The notes beneath the pieces were generated by a model. It was not told where the DNA came from, searched no databases, and was given only the letters and a program-made list of their open reading frames with translations. The position numbers were made by a program, and so were the translations under genes. This document shows positions 49,947 to 58,267 of a stretch of DNA of 64,000 bases, in pieces. Source of the stretch: an uncultured Dehalococcoidia bacterium (GTDB taxonomy: Bacteria; Chloroflexota; Dehalococcoidia; Lucifugimonadales; GCA-2712585); the NCBI GenBank assembly GCA_958295715.1, contig OY282371.1, positions 1,406,267 to 1,470,266 of the forward strand. Direction: 5' to 3'. Within the stretch, counting starts at the first letter, position 1; every line of letters begins with the position of its first letter.

Positions 49947-50987
49947 GTGCTCGTTCGACTGCTAAGTCTCGTTCTGTTTGCCGTCATCGGCTGGCGGGTA
50001 AGCGTGGCTACGTCGGTGGCTCCCGAGGGGGCCGCCGGATATATCCCTTGGGGGCTGGTCTTCACAGTCACCGGGGCGGCCTTGGGCATCGCCGCCGGGC
50101 CGCATCTGACGATAAATCCCATCAAGCGGCTCATCGACGAGGCCAACAGAATGTCCCTGGCCACCATAGCGGCGGGCACCCTGGGGCTGATTGTGGGACT
50201 GGTCGTGGCCGCCCTCATATCCATACCCTTCTTCCAGTTGACCGGCGGGTTGAACTGGATAATCCCCCTCATTATAAGCGGCGCCCTGGCCTTCATTGGG
50301 TTCTCCGTGGGGGTGCACAGGGAACGGGACCTCCATCAGATAATACCCGTGGGCGGCAGGGGCCACCGGTCCGGCGGCCAGATAAGCGGGAACATCCTGG
50401 TGGACACCAGCGCCATCATCGACGGGCGGATGGGCGACCTGAGCGAGACGGGGTTTGTTCAGGGAACCCTGATAATTCCCCAGTTCGTGCTTGACGAATT
50501 GCGACACATTGCTGACTCCAGCGACTCGTCCCGGCGCACCCGCGGACGCCGGGGGCTGGAGGTGCTGTCTAACCTGCGGCGCAGCGGCGACATCCCCATG
50601 CGGGTGCTGGACGTTCAGGTGCCCGCCGGCGGGGAGGTGGACGCCGAGTTGGTGCGCCTCGCCAAGGACATGAAGGCCCACATCCTGACCACCGACTTCA
50701 ACCTGAACCGCGTCGCCGAGCTCAACGGCGTCAACGTGCTGAACGTGAACCAGTTGGCCAACGCCCTGAAGCCCATGGTCCTCCCCGGCGAGAACCTGGC
50801 GGTGAACATCATCCAGGAGGGCAAGGAGGTCGGGCAGGGGGTGGCCTTCCTGGACGACGGAACCATGGTGGTGGTGGACCGGGGAAAGCGGTACATCAAC
50901 TCGGTCCAGGAGGTGACGGTGACCCGCGTGCTTCAGACGGCGGCGGGCCGCATCATATTCGCCCAGATGCGCGGGCCATATAGATGA
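49947..50987 (+). CDS. PIN/TRAM domain membrane protein (YacL-like)
   Basis: TM N-terminus, VDTSAIIDGR, RGRRGL, TDFNLNRVA, GKE..QGVAFLDDGTMVVV. Confidence 0.92.
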   Translation: MLVRLLSLVLFAVIGWRVSVATSVAPEGAAGYIPWGLVFTVTGAALGIAAGPHLTINPIKRLIDEANRMSLATIAAGTLGLIVGLVVAALISIPFFQLTGGLNWIIPLIISGALAFIGFSVGVHRERDLHQIIPVGGRGHRSGGQISGNILVDTSAIIDGRMGDLSETGFVQGTLIIPQFVLDELRHIADSSDSSRRTRGRRGLEVLSNLRRSGDIPMRVLDVQVPAGGEVDAELVRLAKDMKAHILTTDFNLNRVAELNGVNVLNVNQLANALKPMVLPGENLAVNIIQEGKEVGQGVAFLDDGTMVVVDRGKRYINSVQEVTVTRVLQTAAGRIIFAQMRGPYR

Positions 50988-51700
50988 CCCCGAGCTCGGC
51001 TCCCACCGGGGCCGCGGTAGGGGCCATAGTCCTGGGCGCCGGCCAAAGCAGCCGCATGGAGGGGATGGACAAGATATTCACCCTCGTTCATGGACACCCG
51101 CTAATCGCCCACTCCCTGCGCGTTCTGGCGTCGCTGCCCGGCCTTGACAGGATAGCCCTCGTCCTCCCGCAGGACCGTCTTCACGCGGGAAGGGAGCTTG
51201 CGGCGCGGTACGCTTGGGGAGGCAAGGTCCGGGTGTGCGCGGGCGGTCTGATGAGGCAGGACTCGGCGCGGGCCGGTCTGGAGGCCCTGGGGCCGTGCGA
51301 GTGGGTGGTGGCGCACGACGGGGCCCGTCCTCTGGTGGACGCGGCCATGGCCCTCCGCGGATTGGAGGCCGCCCGGGAGACGGGGGCGGCGGTGGCCGCG
51401 GTCCCGGCCAAGGACACGGTGAAAATCGTGTCGGAGGACGGAATCGTCCGGGAAACGCCGCCCAGGGAGTCGGTGTGGCAGGCGCAGACGCCGCAGGTGT
51501 TCCTGCGGTCCCTGCTTCTGGAGGCCCACCGCAAGGCCAAGGGCGTCTTTACCGACGACGCCGCCATGGTGGAGAGCCTGGGTCGCCCCGTCAAGGTGTT
51601 CCTGGGTTCCTACCGCAACATCAAGGTCACCACCCCCGAGGACCTGCTCCTGGTGAAGGCCCTCATGGAGGCGTCGGAGCCGGAGAGGGTCCGCCGGTGA
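50984..51700 (+). CDS. ispD: MEP cytidylyltransferase
   Basis: GAGQSSRM..DK, GG..RQDS, HDGARP, QTPQ, TDD, NIKVTTPEDL. Confidence 0.95.
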   Translation: MTPSSAPTGAAVGAIVLGAGQSSRMEGMDKIFTLVHGHPLIAHSLRVLASLPGLDRIALVLPQDRLHAGRELAARYAWGGKVRVCAGGLMRQDSARAGLEALGPCEWVVAHDGARPLVDAAMALRGLEAARETGAAVAAVPAKDTVKIVSEDGIVRETPPRESVWQAQTPQVFLRSLLLEAHRKAKGVFTDDAAMVESLGRPVKVFLGSYRNIKVTTPEDLLLVKALMEASEPERVRR

Positions 51701-52176
51701 ACGCGCGGGTCGGGTTGGGATTTGACGCCCACCCGCTGGTGGAGGGCCGCAGGCTTGTCCTGGGAGGCGTCGACGTCCCCTTCGAGAAGGGGCTTTCGGG
51801 GCACAGCGATGGCGACGTGGCAGTTCACGCCCTGCTGGACGCGCTCTTGGGCGCGGCGGGGCTGGGGGACAAGGGGTTCCATTTTCCCTCAAATGACCCG
51901 GAGTTGAAGGGCGTGTCGAGCCTCGTTCTCCTGGGGCGTGTGCGGTCCATCCTGGCCGGTAACGGATGGCGAGTGGTGAACCTGGATGCTACAATACTTG
52001 CCCAGAGGCCCCGGCTGGAGGGGTTCATAGGAGCGATGCGGCAACGGGTGGCCGGAACCCTGAGAATAGAAGAGGCCAGGGTGAGCCTGAAGGCCACCAC
52101 CACCGACTTTATGGGGTTTACAGGCAGGGAAGACGGCATGGCGGCCTGCGCCGTGGCCTTGGTGGAGGCCGCGTGA
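51697..52176 (+). CDS. ispF: MEcPP synthase
   Basis: RVGLGFDAH, GHSDGDV..HA..DA, KATT; GTG at 51697 overlaps ispD stop. Confidence 0.95.
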   Translation: MNARVGLGFDAHPLVEGRRLVLGGVDVPFEKGLSGHSDGDVAVHALLDALLGAAGLGDKGFHFPSNDPELKGVSSLVLLGRVRSILAGNGWRVVNLDATILAQRPRLEGFIGAMRQRVAGTLRIEEARVSLKATTTDFMGFTGREDGMAACAVALVEAA

Positions 52177-53645
52177 TGCGGCTGTACAACACCCTATCGG
52201 GAAGGGTGGAGGAGTTTGCCCCATCCGGCGACCAGGCCCTGATGTACGTGTGCGGCATTACGCCCTACGCCTCGAGCCACGTGGGACACGCCCTGAGCTC
52301 CGTGGTCTTTGACGCCCTGAGGCGGTATCTGGAGTTCCGGGGTCTCAAGGTGCGCCACGTTCAGAATTTCACCGACGTCGACGATAAGATAATCGCCCGC
52401 GCCGCCGAGGAGGGCGTGAGTTTCCGGGACCTGTCCGACCGCTACACTCAAGAGTACAAGGCCGACCTGTCGCGCCTGGGCGTCCTGCCCGCTCACGCCT
52501 ACCCCATGGCCACGGAGTCTATTCCCCGTATGGTGGAGATTATCGCCGGCCTGATAGACAGGGGCCACGCCTATCCTTCCAAGGGAGACGTCTACTTCCG
52601 AGTGGCGAGTTACCGCGAGTACGGGAAGCTGAGCCGCCGCTCCCTTGATAGCATGGTGGCCGGCGCGCGGGTGGAGACCGCCGCGGGCAAGGAGCACCCC
52701 ATGGACTTCACCCTGTGGAAGGCGGCCAAGCCCAAGGAGCCTTCCTGGGAAAGCCCGTGGGGTCCCGGCCGCCCGGGGTGGCACATCGAGTGCAGCGCCA
52801 TAGCCTTGGACTACCTGGGCGAGTCGCTGGACATCCACGGCGGCGGCCTGGACCTGGTCTTCCCCCACCACGAGAACGAGATAGCTCAAAGCGAGTGTCA
52901 CACCGGCGGGGGGCCTTTCGCCAGGTTTTGGGTCCATAACGGGCTGTTGAACATGGGCGACGACAAGATGAGCAAGTCCCTTGGGAACCTGGTCAGCGTG
53001 TCGGAAGCCCTCGAGAACCACAGCGCCGACGCCCTGCGCCTCTACTTCCTCAGCTCCCACTACCGCACGCCCCTGAACTACAGCGATACGGGTCTGGCGG
53101 CCACGGAGCGCGCCATGGACAGGCTGCGGAACGCCCTCAGCCAGGATCCCGGCGCCGGCTCCTTTGACCCCGGCCCTTATGAGAAGCGGTTCGTTGAGGC
53201 GATGGACGCCGACTTGAACACTCCCCAGGCCATCGCCGCCCTCTTCGACCTGGCCCACGAGATAAACCGGGCCAAAGAACGGGGGGATGGGGTCGGCCCC
53301 GGCCAGGAGGCCCTGCGCCGCCTTGGTGGGGTTCTGGGCCTCACCTTTAAGGCGCGGGCGGACGCGGACCTGCCCTTGGAGCGGCTGTTGGGGCTGCTGG
53401 GAGAGGTGGGGGCCAAGCTCCACGCGTCGGGGCAGCACAAGCTGGCGGGCTGGGCCGACGCCCACTCCGGCGCCCAGGATGGGGGAGAGGTGGTGGAGAC
53501 CCTTCTGGCCGTCCGCCGGGAACTGCGGGCGGTCCGGGAATATGCCATGGCCGACGGCGTTCGCGCCGGGCTTGCCGGCCTGGGGATAGAATTGAAGGAC
53601 ACCCCGAAGGAGACGGTCTGGGAGCGCAGAAAACCGGCGCCCTAG
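52176..53645 (+). CDS. cysS: Cysteine--tRNA ligase
   Basis: MYVCGITPY, HVGH, GRPGWHIEC, FPHHENE, KMSKS. Confidence 0.97.
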   Translation: MRLYNTLSGRVEEFAPSGDQALMYVCGITPYASSHVGHALSSVVFDALRRYLEFRGLKVRHVQNFTDVDDKIIARAAEEGVSFRDLSDRYTQEYKADLSRLGVLPAHAYPMATESIPRMVEIIAGLIDRGHAYPSKGDVYFRVASYREYGKLSRRSLDSMVAGARVETAAGKEHPMDFTLWKAAKPKEPSWESPWGPGRPGWHIECSAIALDYLGESLDIHGGGLDLVFPHHENEIAQSECHTGGGPFARFWVHNGLLNMGDDKMSKSLGNLVSVSEALENHSADALRLYFLSSHYRTPLNYSDTGLAATERAMDRLRNALSQDPGAGSFDPGPYEKRFVEAMDADLNTPQAIAALFDLAHEINRAKERGDGVGPGQEALRRLGGVLGLTFKARADADLPLERLLGLLGEVGAKLHASGQHKLAGWADAHSGAQDGGEVVETLLAVRRELRAVREYAMADGVRAGLAGLGIELKDTPKETVWERRKPAP

Positions 53646-53696
53646 ACGCGGCGCGCCCGCGCGCGTCTGCCGGCGCCAACCCGAATCTAACGGCAT

Positions 53697-53725
53697 CCGG
53701 ATTCCCGTTTCCACGGGAATGACGG
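53697..53725. repeat. Single REP copy
   Basis: GGATTCCCGTTTCCACGGGAATGACG. Confidence 0.8.
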
Positions 53726-53923
53726 GAGCCGCCATGCCCCTAGACCCGCTATCCTCGCCCTCTCCCGCCCATAGACGGTTGCGTCACCCGCGAGGAATCC
53801 GCAGCGCCGGACGCGCGCCGGTTGGCGCCAACCCTCTTTTCCAACCGGAAAGGGGATGGACGCGGCGGCAGAATGAGAATGGGCATGGGCGCGTGGCCAT
53901 AGGCAAGATGAAAAGGGGGAGCC

Positions 53924-55297
53924 TTGGACGATAGCCTGATTGAAGAGCTTCGGAGCATCCTCGGTCCCTCCGGGGTCTTGACGGAGCCGCGGGACGTGGA
54001 GCGCTACTCCAGGGACGCCCTGACTCCCCGCGGGGCCTTTGGAGCCGCGCCCCTCCTCGATAGAATGGCCGACGTCGTGGTGAGGCCGGCGTCGGTGGAG
54101 GAGGTGGCGTCGGTGGTCAAGCTGGCGCGCCGGCGGCGGGCGCCGGTGGTCGCCTACGGCGGCGGCACCGGGGTGATGGGGGCCTTGGCCCCAGTGAAGG
54201 GCGGCGTGATGGTGGACATGGGCGCCATGAACCGGGTCTTGGAGGTGAACCCAAGAAACATGACCGCGACGGTGGAGTCGGGGGCCATCCTCGCAGACGT
54301 GGCCGAGGCCCTTGAGCGGGCGGGGCTTATGCTGGGCCACGACCCGTGGAGCGCGCCCATCGCCACGGTGGGCGGGGCCATATCCACCAACGGCGTGGGC
54401 TACCGGGCATCGGCGGTGGGGCCTATGGGTTCCCAGGTCCTGGGCCTTGAAGTCGTCCTGCCCACGGGCGACGTCCTGCGCACCAGAAGCGTGCCCAAAG
54501 GCTCCGCCGGCCCCGACCTGAACCGGCTCTTCACCGGCTCCGAGGGGGTTTTGGGAATCATCACCAAGGCCACCCTGCGAGCATTGCGGCAGCCGGAGGA
54601 GCGGCTCTTTTCCACCTTCCGTTTTCAGGACTTTGAGGAAGGATACGAGGCCGTGGTGGAGATGTTCGCCCTGGGGCTGCGTCCCGCCGTGATAGACCTC
54701 ACGGAGGACGCCGAAGGGGTGCATCTGTATCTGATATTCGAAGGGTATAAGGAGTTGGCGGCGGCTCAGCGTGAACGGTCGGGCCAAGTCTGTCGTTCGA
54801 AGGGCGGGCGGGACATGGGGCCAACGAAGGCCATCCTGTACTGGGACGCCCGGTATCACGTCGCGGAAGGCTATCAAGAGCGCCGGCAGAAGGCCCTGCG
54901 CGGAGAGAAGCCGCCCCAGCAGGGCCGGGCCTTCGACTATCTGCACGTGGCCGTTCCCGTAGAGAAGGCCTTGGAGTATCGCCGGCGATGCGAGGCGATC
55001 TTCAAGACCTACGACATCCGCACGCCGGAGTTCTCCATCTGGACGGAGCCGGAGCTTTTTTCCATGCTGCTAACGCCGGGAGACCTCACCAAGGAGGGGG
55101 AGAACGCCATCGCGGTGGACAAGGCCCTGAAGCTGGCCCAGGACATGGGCGGCATCATGGAGTACTGCCACGGCGTGGGCGTCAAGCTGTCCCACCTGCT
55201 GGGCCGGGAGATGGGCGCGGGGCTGGAGGTGGTGAGGGCCATCAAGCGCGCCCTGGACCCCGACGGCATTATGAATCCGGGGAAGCTGGGCCTGTAG
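53924..55297 (+). CDS. FAD-linked oxidase (GlcD/alkyl-DHAP synthase-like)
   Basis: YGGGTG, ATVGG, GSEG.LGIIT, HGVG, LDP.GIMNPGK. Confidence 0.9.
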   Translation: MDDSLIEELRSILGPSGVLTEPRDVERYSRDALTPRGAFGAAPLLDRMADVVVRPASVEEVASVVKLARRRRAPVVAYGGGTGVMGALAPVKGGVMVDMGAMNRVLEVNPRNMTATVESGAILADVAEALERAGLMLGHDPWSAPIATVGGAISTNGVGYRASAVGPMGSQVLGLEVVLPTGDVLRTRSVPKGSAGPDLNRLFTGSEGVLGIITKATLRALRQPEERLFSTFRFQDFEEGYEAVVEMFALGLRPAVIDLTEDAEGVHLYLIFEGYKELAAAQRERSGQVCRSKGGRDMGPTKAILYWDARYHVAEGYQERRQKALRGEKPPQQGRAFDYLHVAVPVEKALEYRRRCEAIFKTYDIRTPEFSIWTEPELFSMLLTPGDLTKEGENAIAVDKALKLAQDMGGIMEYCHGVGVKLSHLLGREMGAGLEVVRAIKRALDPDGIMNPGKLGL

Positions 55298-55464
55298 CCG
55301 CCTCCCTTTGCGCCTCCCTTTACGGCGGCAGCGGTCGGGGTTGACGGGCTTCACGGATTCCCCTTTGCGCGGGACGGCCGGGAGGGTCAGAGAAGCGACG
55401 GCGGCCTCCGTCGCTGTGACCGATGTTGTGAATAGAACGGCGGGGTTGGTATCATTCCAGGGAG

Positions 55465-56154
55465 TTGAGATACGGCTCCAAGCTCATAGAGGCCCGCTTC
55501 ATCCGGCGGTTGAACCGGTTCGCCGCGCTGGTGGAGTTGGAGGGCGCGCACGTCCAGGCCCACGTGCCAAACTCCGGGCGTATGCGGGAGTTGCTGACGG
55601 AGGGCCGCCGGTCCCTGCTGCGGCGCGCCGGGAAGCCGGGCAGAAAGACGGCCTACGACCTGGCCCTGGTGGACCTGGGAGGCGTCCTCTGCTCGGTGGA
55701 CTCCCGTCTGCCGCCTCATTTGGTGGAGGAGGCCTTCGGCTCAGGCCGGCTGGAGCAGTTCGCCGGTTACCAGCAGGCGCGCCGGGAGGTGGGTCTGGGC
55801 GAGAGCCGCATCGACCTGGCCCTGTCGGGAGGAAGCGGGACGTGCTACGTGGAGACCAAGTCGGTGACGCTGGTGGAGGAGGGCGTGGCCCTCTTTCCCG
55901 ACGCGCCTACGGAGCGGGGGCGAAAGCATCTGGCCAGCCTGACGGAGGCCGTGAAGGCCGGCGACAGGGCCGCGGTGGTGTTCGTGGTCCAGCGCAGCGA
56001 CGCCGCCAGTTTCGTTCCTCACGACTCTGCCGACGAGCCATTCGGCCAGGCTCTGAGGGCGGCGGCGTCTCAGGGCGTGGAGGTCTATGCCTACCGGTGC
56101 CGGGTGAGCGCCGGGGCGATAACCTTGGAAAGCCGCATCCCGGTGAATCTCTAG
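55465..56154 (+). CDS. sfsA: DNA/RNA nuclease SfsA
   Basis: RLNRF, HVPNSGRM, SRIDL, VETKSVTL, FPDAPTERGRKHL. Confidence 0.93.
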   Translation: MRYGSKLIEARFIRRLNRFAALVELEGAHVQAHVPNSGRMRELLTEGRRSLLRRAGKPGRKTAYDLALVDLGGVLCSVDSRLPPHLVEEAFGSGRLEQFAGYQQARREVGLGESRIDLALSGGSGTCYVETKSVTLVEEGVALFPDAPTERGRKHLASLTEAVKAGDRAAVVFVVQRSDAASFVPHDSADEPFGQALRAAASQGVEVYAYRCRVSAGAITLESRIPVNL

Positions 56155-56155
56155 G

Positions 56156-56857
56156 ATGACGGCCATGAACCATGAGAGCGCGGATATAGGCCCTCTGCTG
56201 AGGGAGGTGTACCGGCGCCTGCGCGAAGAGCACGGGGCGCAGAACTGGTGGCCGGCGGACTCCGCCTTCGAGGTGGCGGTCGGGGCCATCCTCACCCAGT
56301 CGGTGGCGTGGAGCAACGTTGAAAAGGCCCTGTCCAACCTGAAGAGCGCCGGGGTCCTGTCCCCCAAGGGTCTGTGGGACGTTCCAGTGGAGGAGTTGGC
56401 CGCGCTGATACGGCCTTCGGGCTACTTCAACGTGAAGGCCAGGCGGCTGAAGGCCTTCGCCGAGCGCCTGTGGACGGAGCATCAGGGCAGCTTGGAGGGG
56501 ATGTTCGCCATGGACGCGGCCTCCCTGCGGGAGGAGTTGCTGTCGATACACGGCATCGGCGAGGAGACCGCCGACGACATCATCCTCTACGCGGCGGGCA
56601 AGCCTCTGTTCGTCATTGACGCCTACACCCGCAGGGTGGTTGACCGGCTGAGGCCCGGCTGCGCGGGTCCCGGCTACGGGGAGTACCAGCGGCTTTTCCA
56701 CGACGCCCTGCCCAAGGATAGCTCCCTGTTCAACGAGTATCACGCCCTGCTGGTGCGCCACGGCAAGCACGTTTGCAGGAAGACGCCCCGGTGCGGGGAG
56801 TGCCGCCTCGTGGGGTTGTGCGTCACGGGCGGCGAGATGGCGGCGCGGAATGGCTGA
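56156..56857 (+). CDS. Endonuclease III-related HhH-GPD protein
   Basis: WWP..S.FEV.VGAILTQ, GIGEETAD.I.LYA, DAYT.R, C..PRC..C..C. Confidence 0.9.
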   Translation: MTAMNHESADIGPLLREVYRRLREEHGAQNWWPADSAFEVAVGAILTQSVAWSNVEKALSNLKSAGVLSPKGLWDVPVEELAALIRPSGYFNVKARRLKAFAERLWTEHQGSLEGMFAMDAASLREELLSIHGIGEETADDIILYAAGKPLFVIDAYTRRVVDRLRPGCAGPGYGEYQRLFHDALPKDSSLFNEYHALLVRHGKHVCRKTPRCGECRLVGLCVTGGEMAARNG

Positions 56858-58109
56858 GGAGAAGCGCGGGCCCAAGGACGTTGACCGCAGAATTGCCCAG
56901 TGGCTGGCGTCGGAATCCGAGACGTGGCAGCGGGACGGGCTGGTCAGCGCGGAGCAGGCCGAGGCCATCAGAGCCGGATACCGCTCCGACGCGCAGGCGC
57001 GGACGCAGAAGGCCCAGGCGCGGCTGATATCGGCCCTGGCCGTCTTCGGCGCCGTCCTGGTGAGCGTTGGCGTGTCCCTGTTCTTCGCGGCCAATTGGGG
57101 CGACATGCCGCGATGGTTCCGGCTGGCCCTGATTATGGTCGTCATACCGGCCATCTACGGCGCCTCCTACTGGCTCGGTTATGTAAAGGGCTATAGGCGG
57201 GTGGGCGTCGCGGTGACGCTGTTGGGGGCCGTCAGCTACGGAATCGCCATCCACCTGGTGGCTCAGGCCTACGACTCCCCGGTCGATGATCCCATGATCT
57301 TCACCTACTTCTTCCTTGGAATAGTCCCGCTGGCCTACCTAACCCGCTCCCAGGTTCTGACGGCGGCCGCCTTGGGTGTCTTTCTAGTCATGGCGGGGAT
57401 TTGGCTCGCCGACCAGATAGGGGAGACGGGAACGGATGAGAGCCAGGCCATATTCTCCCTTGCCACCTACGCCATGATAGGGCTGGGGCTGTACGGGCTG
57501 GGCAGGGCACAGAGGAGTTTCGGCTGGACGCGGCCCCATGCAAGCGTGTTCCAAGGCGTCGGGGCGGTGACGGTCTTGATTACCGTGTACATGCTCAGCT
57601 TCAGGTATCTGTACGAGCCGGCCGCATCAAGAGGGGACGCGGATTCCGTGGCCACGGCCGGGCTGTGGGTCCTGCTCTGCGGGATGGGCGCGGCGGGTCT
57701 GTTGGGACTGGCGGTGGCCACCGCCCGGTCGCGGGACAGGAACGGCTTGGCCTGGGAGTTGGTCGCCGCCGCCCTCTTGGCCCCGGCGATAATCGCGGCG
57801 GCAATCGTCCAGCAAGGCGGCGGCCTGACCTTTCCCATACTATTCAACGCCCTGCTATTCCTGGCGGTTATCGCTCTCGTCTTTGAGGGGTACAGGCGCG
57901 GGGAGCCGGCCCTCATCAACATAGGCGCCGGCCTCTTTATGCTGAACGTGGCCACCCGGCTCCTTGAGATAAGCTGGGGACTGCTGGACAGGTCCTTCGC
58001 CTTTCTCGCGACGGGGGTAGTTCTGCTGGCCGTGGCCCTGCTGCTGGAGCGGGGGCGCCGGCGGGTCATTGACCGGATGGCCGCAAGAGAGGGGAGGAAC
58101 GCGGGATGA
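56850..58109 (+). CDS. DUF2157 membrane protein
   Basis: W...GLVS.EQA..I...Y, FFAANW, I.LVAQAY; many TM helices. Confidence 0.8.
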   Translation: MAEEKRGPKDVDRRIAQWLASESETWQRDGLVSAEQAEAIRAGYRSDAQARTQKAQARLISALAVFGAVLVSVGVSLFFAANWGDMPRWFRLALIMVVIPAIYGASYWLGYVKGYRRVGVAVTLLGAVSYGIAIHLVAQAYDSPVDDPMIFTYFFLGIVPLAYLTRSQVLTAAALGVFLVMAGIWLADQIGETGTDESQAIFSLATYAMIGLGLYGLGRAQRSFGWTRPHASVFQGVGAVTVLITVYMLSFRYLYEPAASRGDADSVATAGLWVLLCGMGAAGLLGLAVATARSRDRNGLAWELVAAALLAPAIIAAAIVQQGGGLTFPILFNALLFLAVIALVFEGYRRGEPALINIGAGLFMLNVATRLLEISWGLLDRSFAFLATGVVLLAVALLLERGRRRVIDRMAAREGRNAG

Positions 58110-58265
58110 GTCCTAAGATGCGTTGGGTCTTCGCGGCCATAGTCGCGGGCCAACTCCTCCTGCTGACGGGCCTCATAGTCGAGAGGGAGGTCAGCTTGCG
58201 GAGTGACGCCGGCGCGGTCCTGGAGACGCCGCGCGATGGCGATGAGACGAGACGCGTAGGCGTTG
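58106..58265 (+). pseudogene. Truncated GDYXXLXY-domain protein remnant
   Basis: ATGA-coupled to DUF2157; Q...L..LI..RE..L....VLET.P then no PVDPR/GDY motif; frame runs into convergent gene. Confidence 0.55.
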
Positions 58266-58267
58266 GG

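Noticed and set aside
52194..53735. Long antisense ORFs (e.g. 513 aa opposite cysS, 1987-3237, 20729-21841, 46981-48165)
   Set aside because: Shadow frames of high-GC genes with no motifs
55385..55421. tRNA or ncRNA at hairpin GGTCA..AGCGACGG/CCGTCGCT..TGACC
   Set aside because: Single stem, no cloverleaf or T-loop; possibly just a terminator-like hairpin
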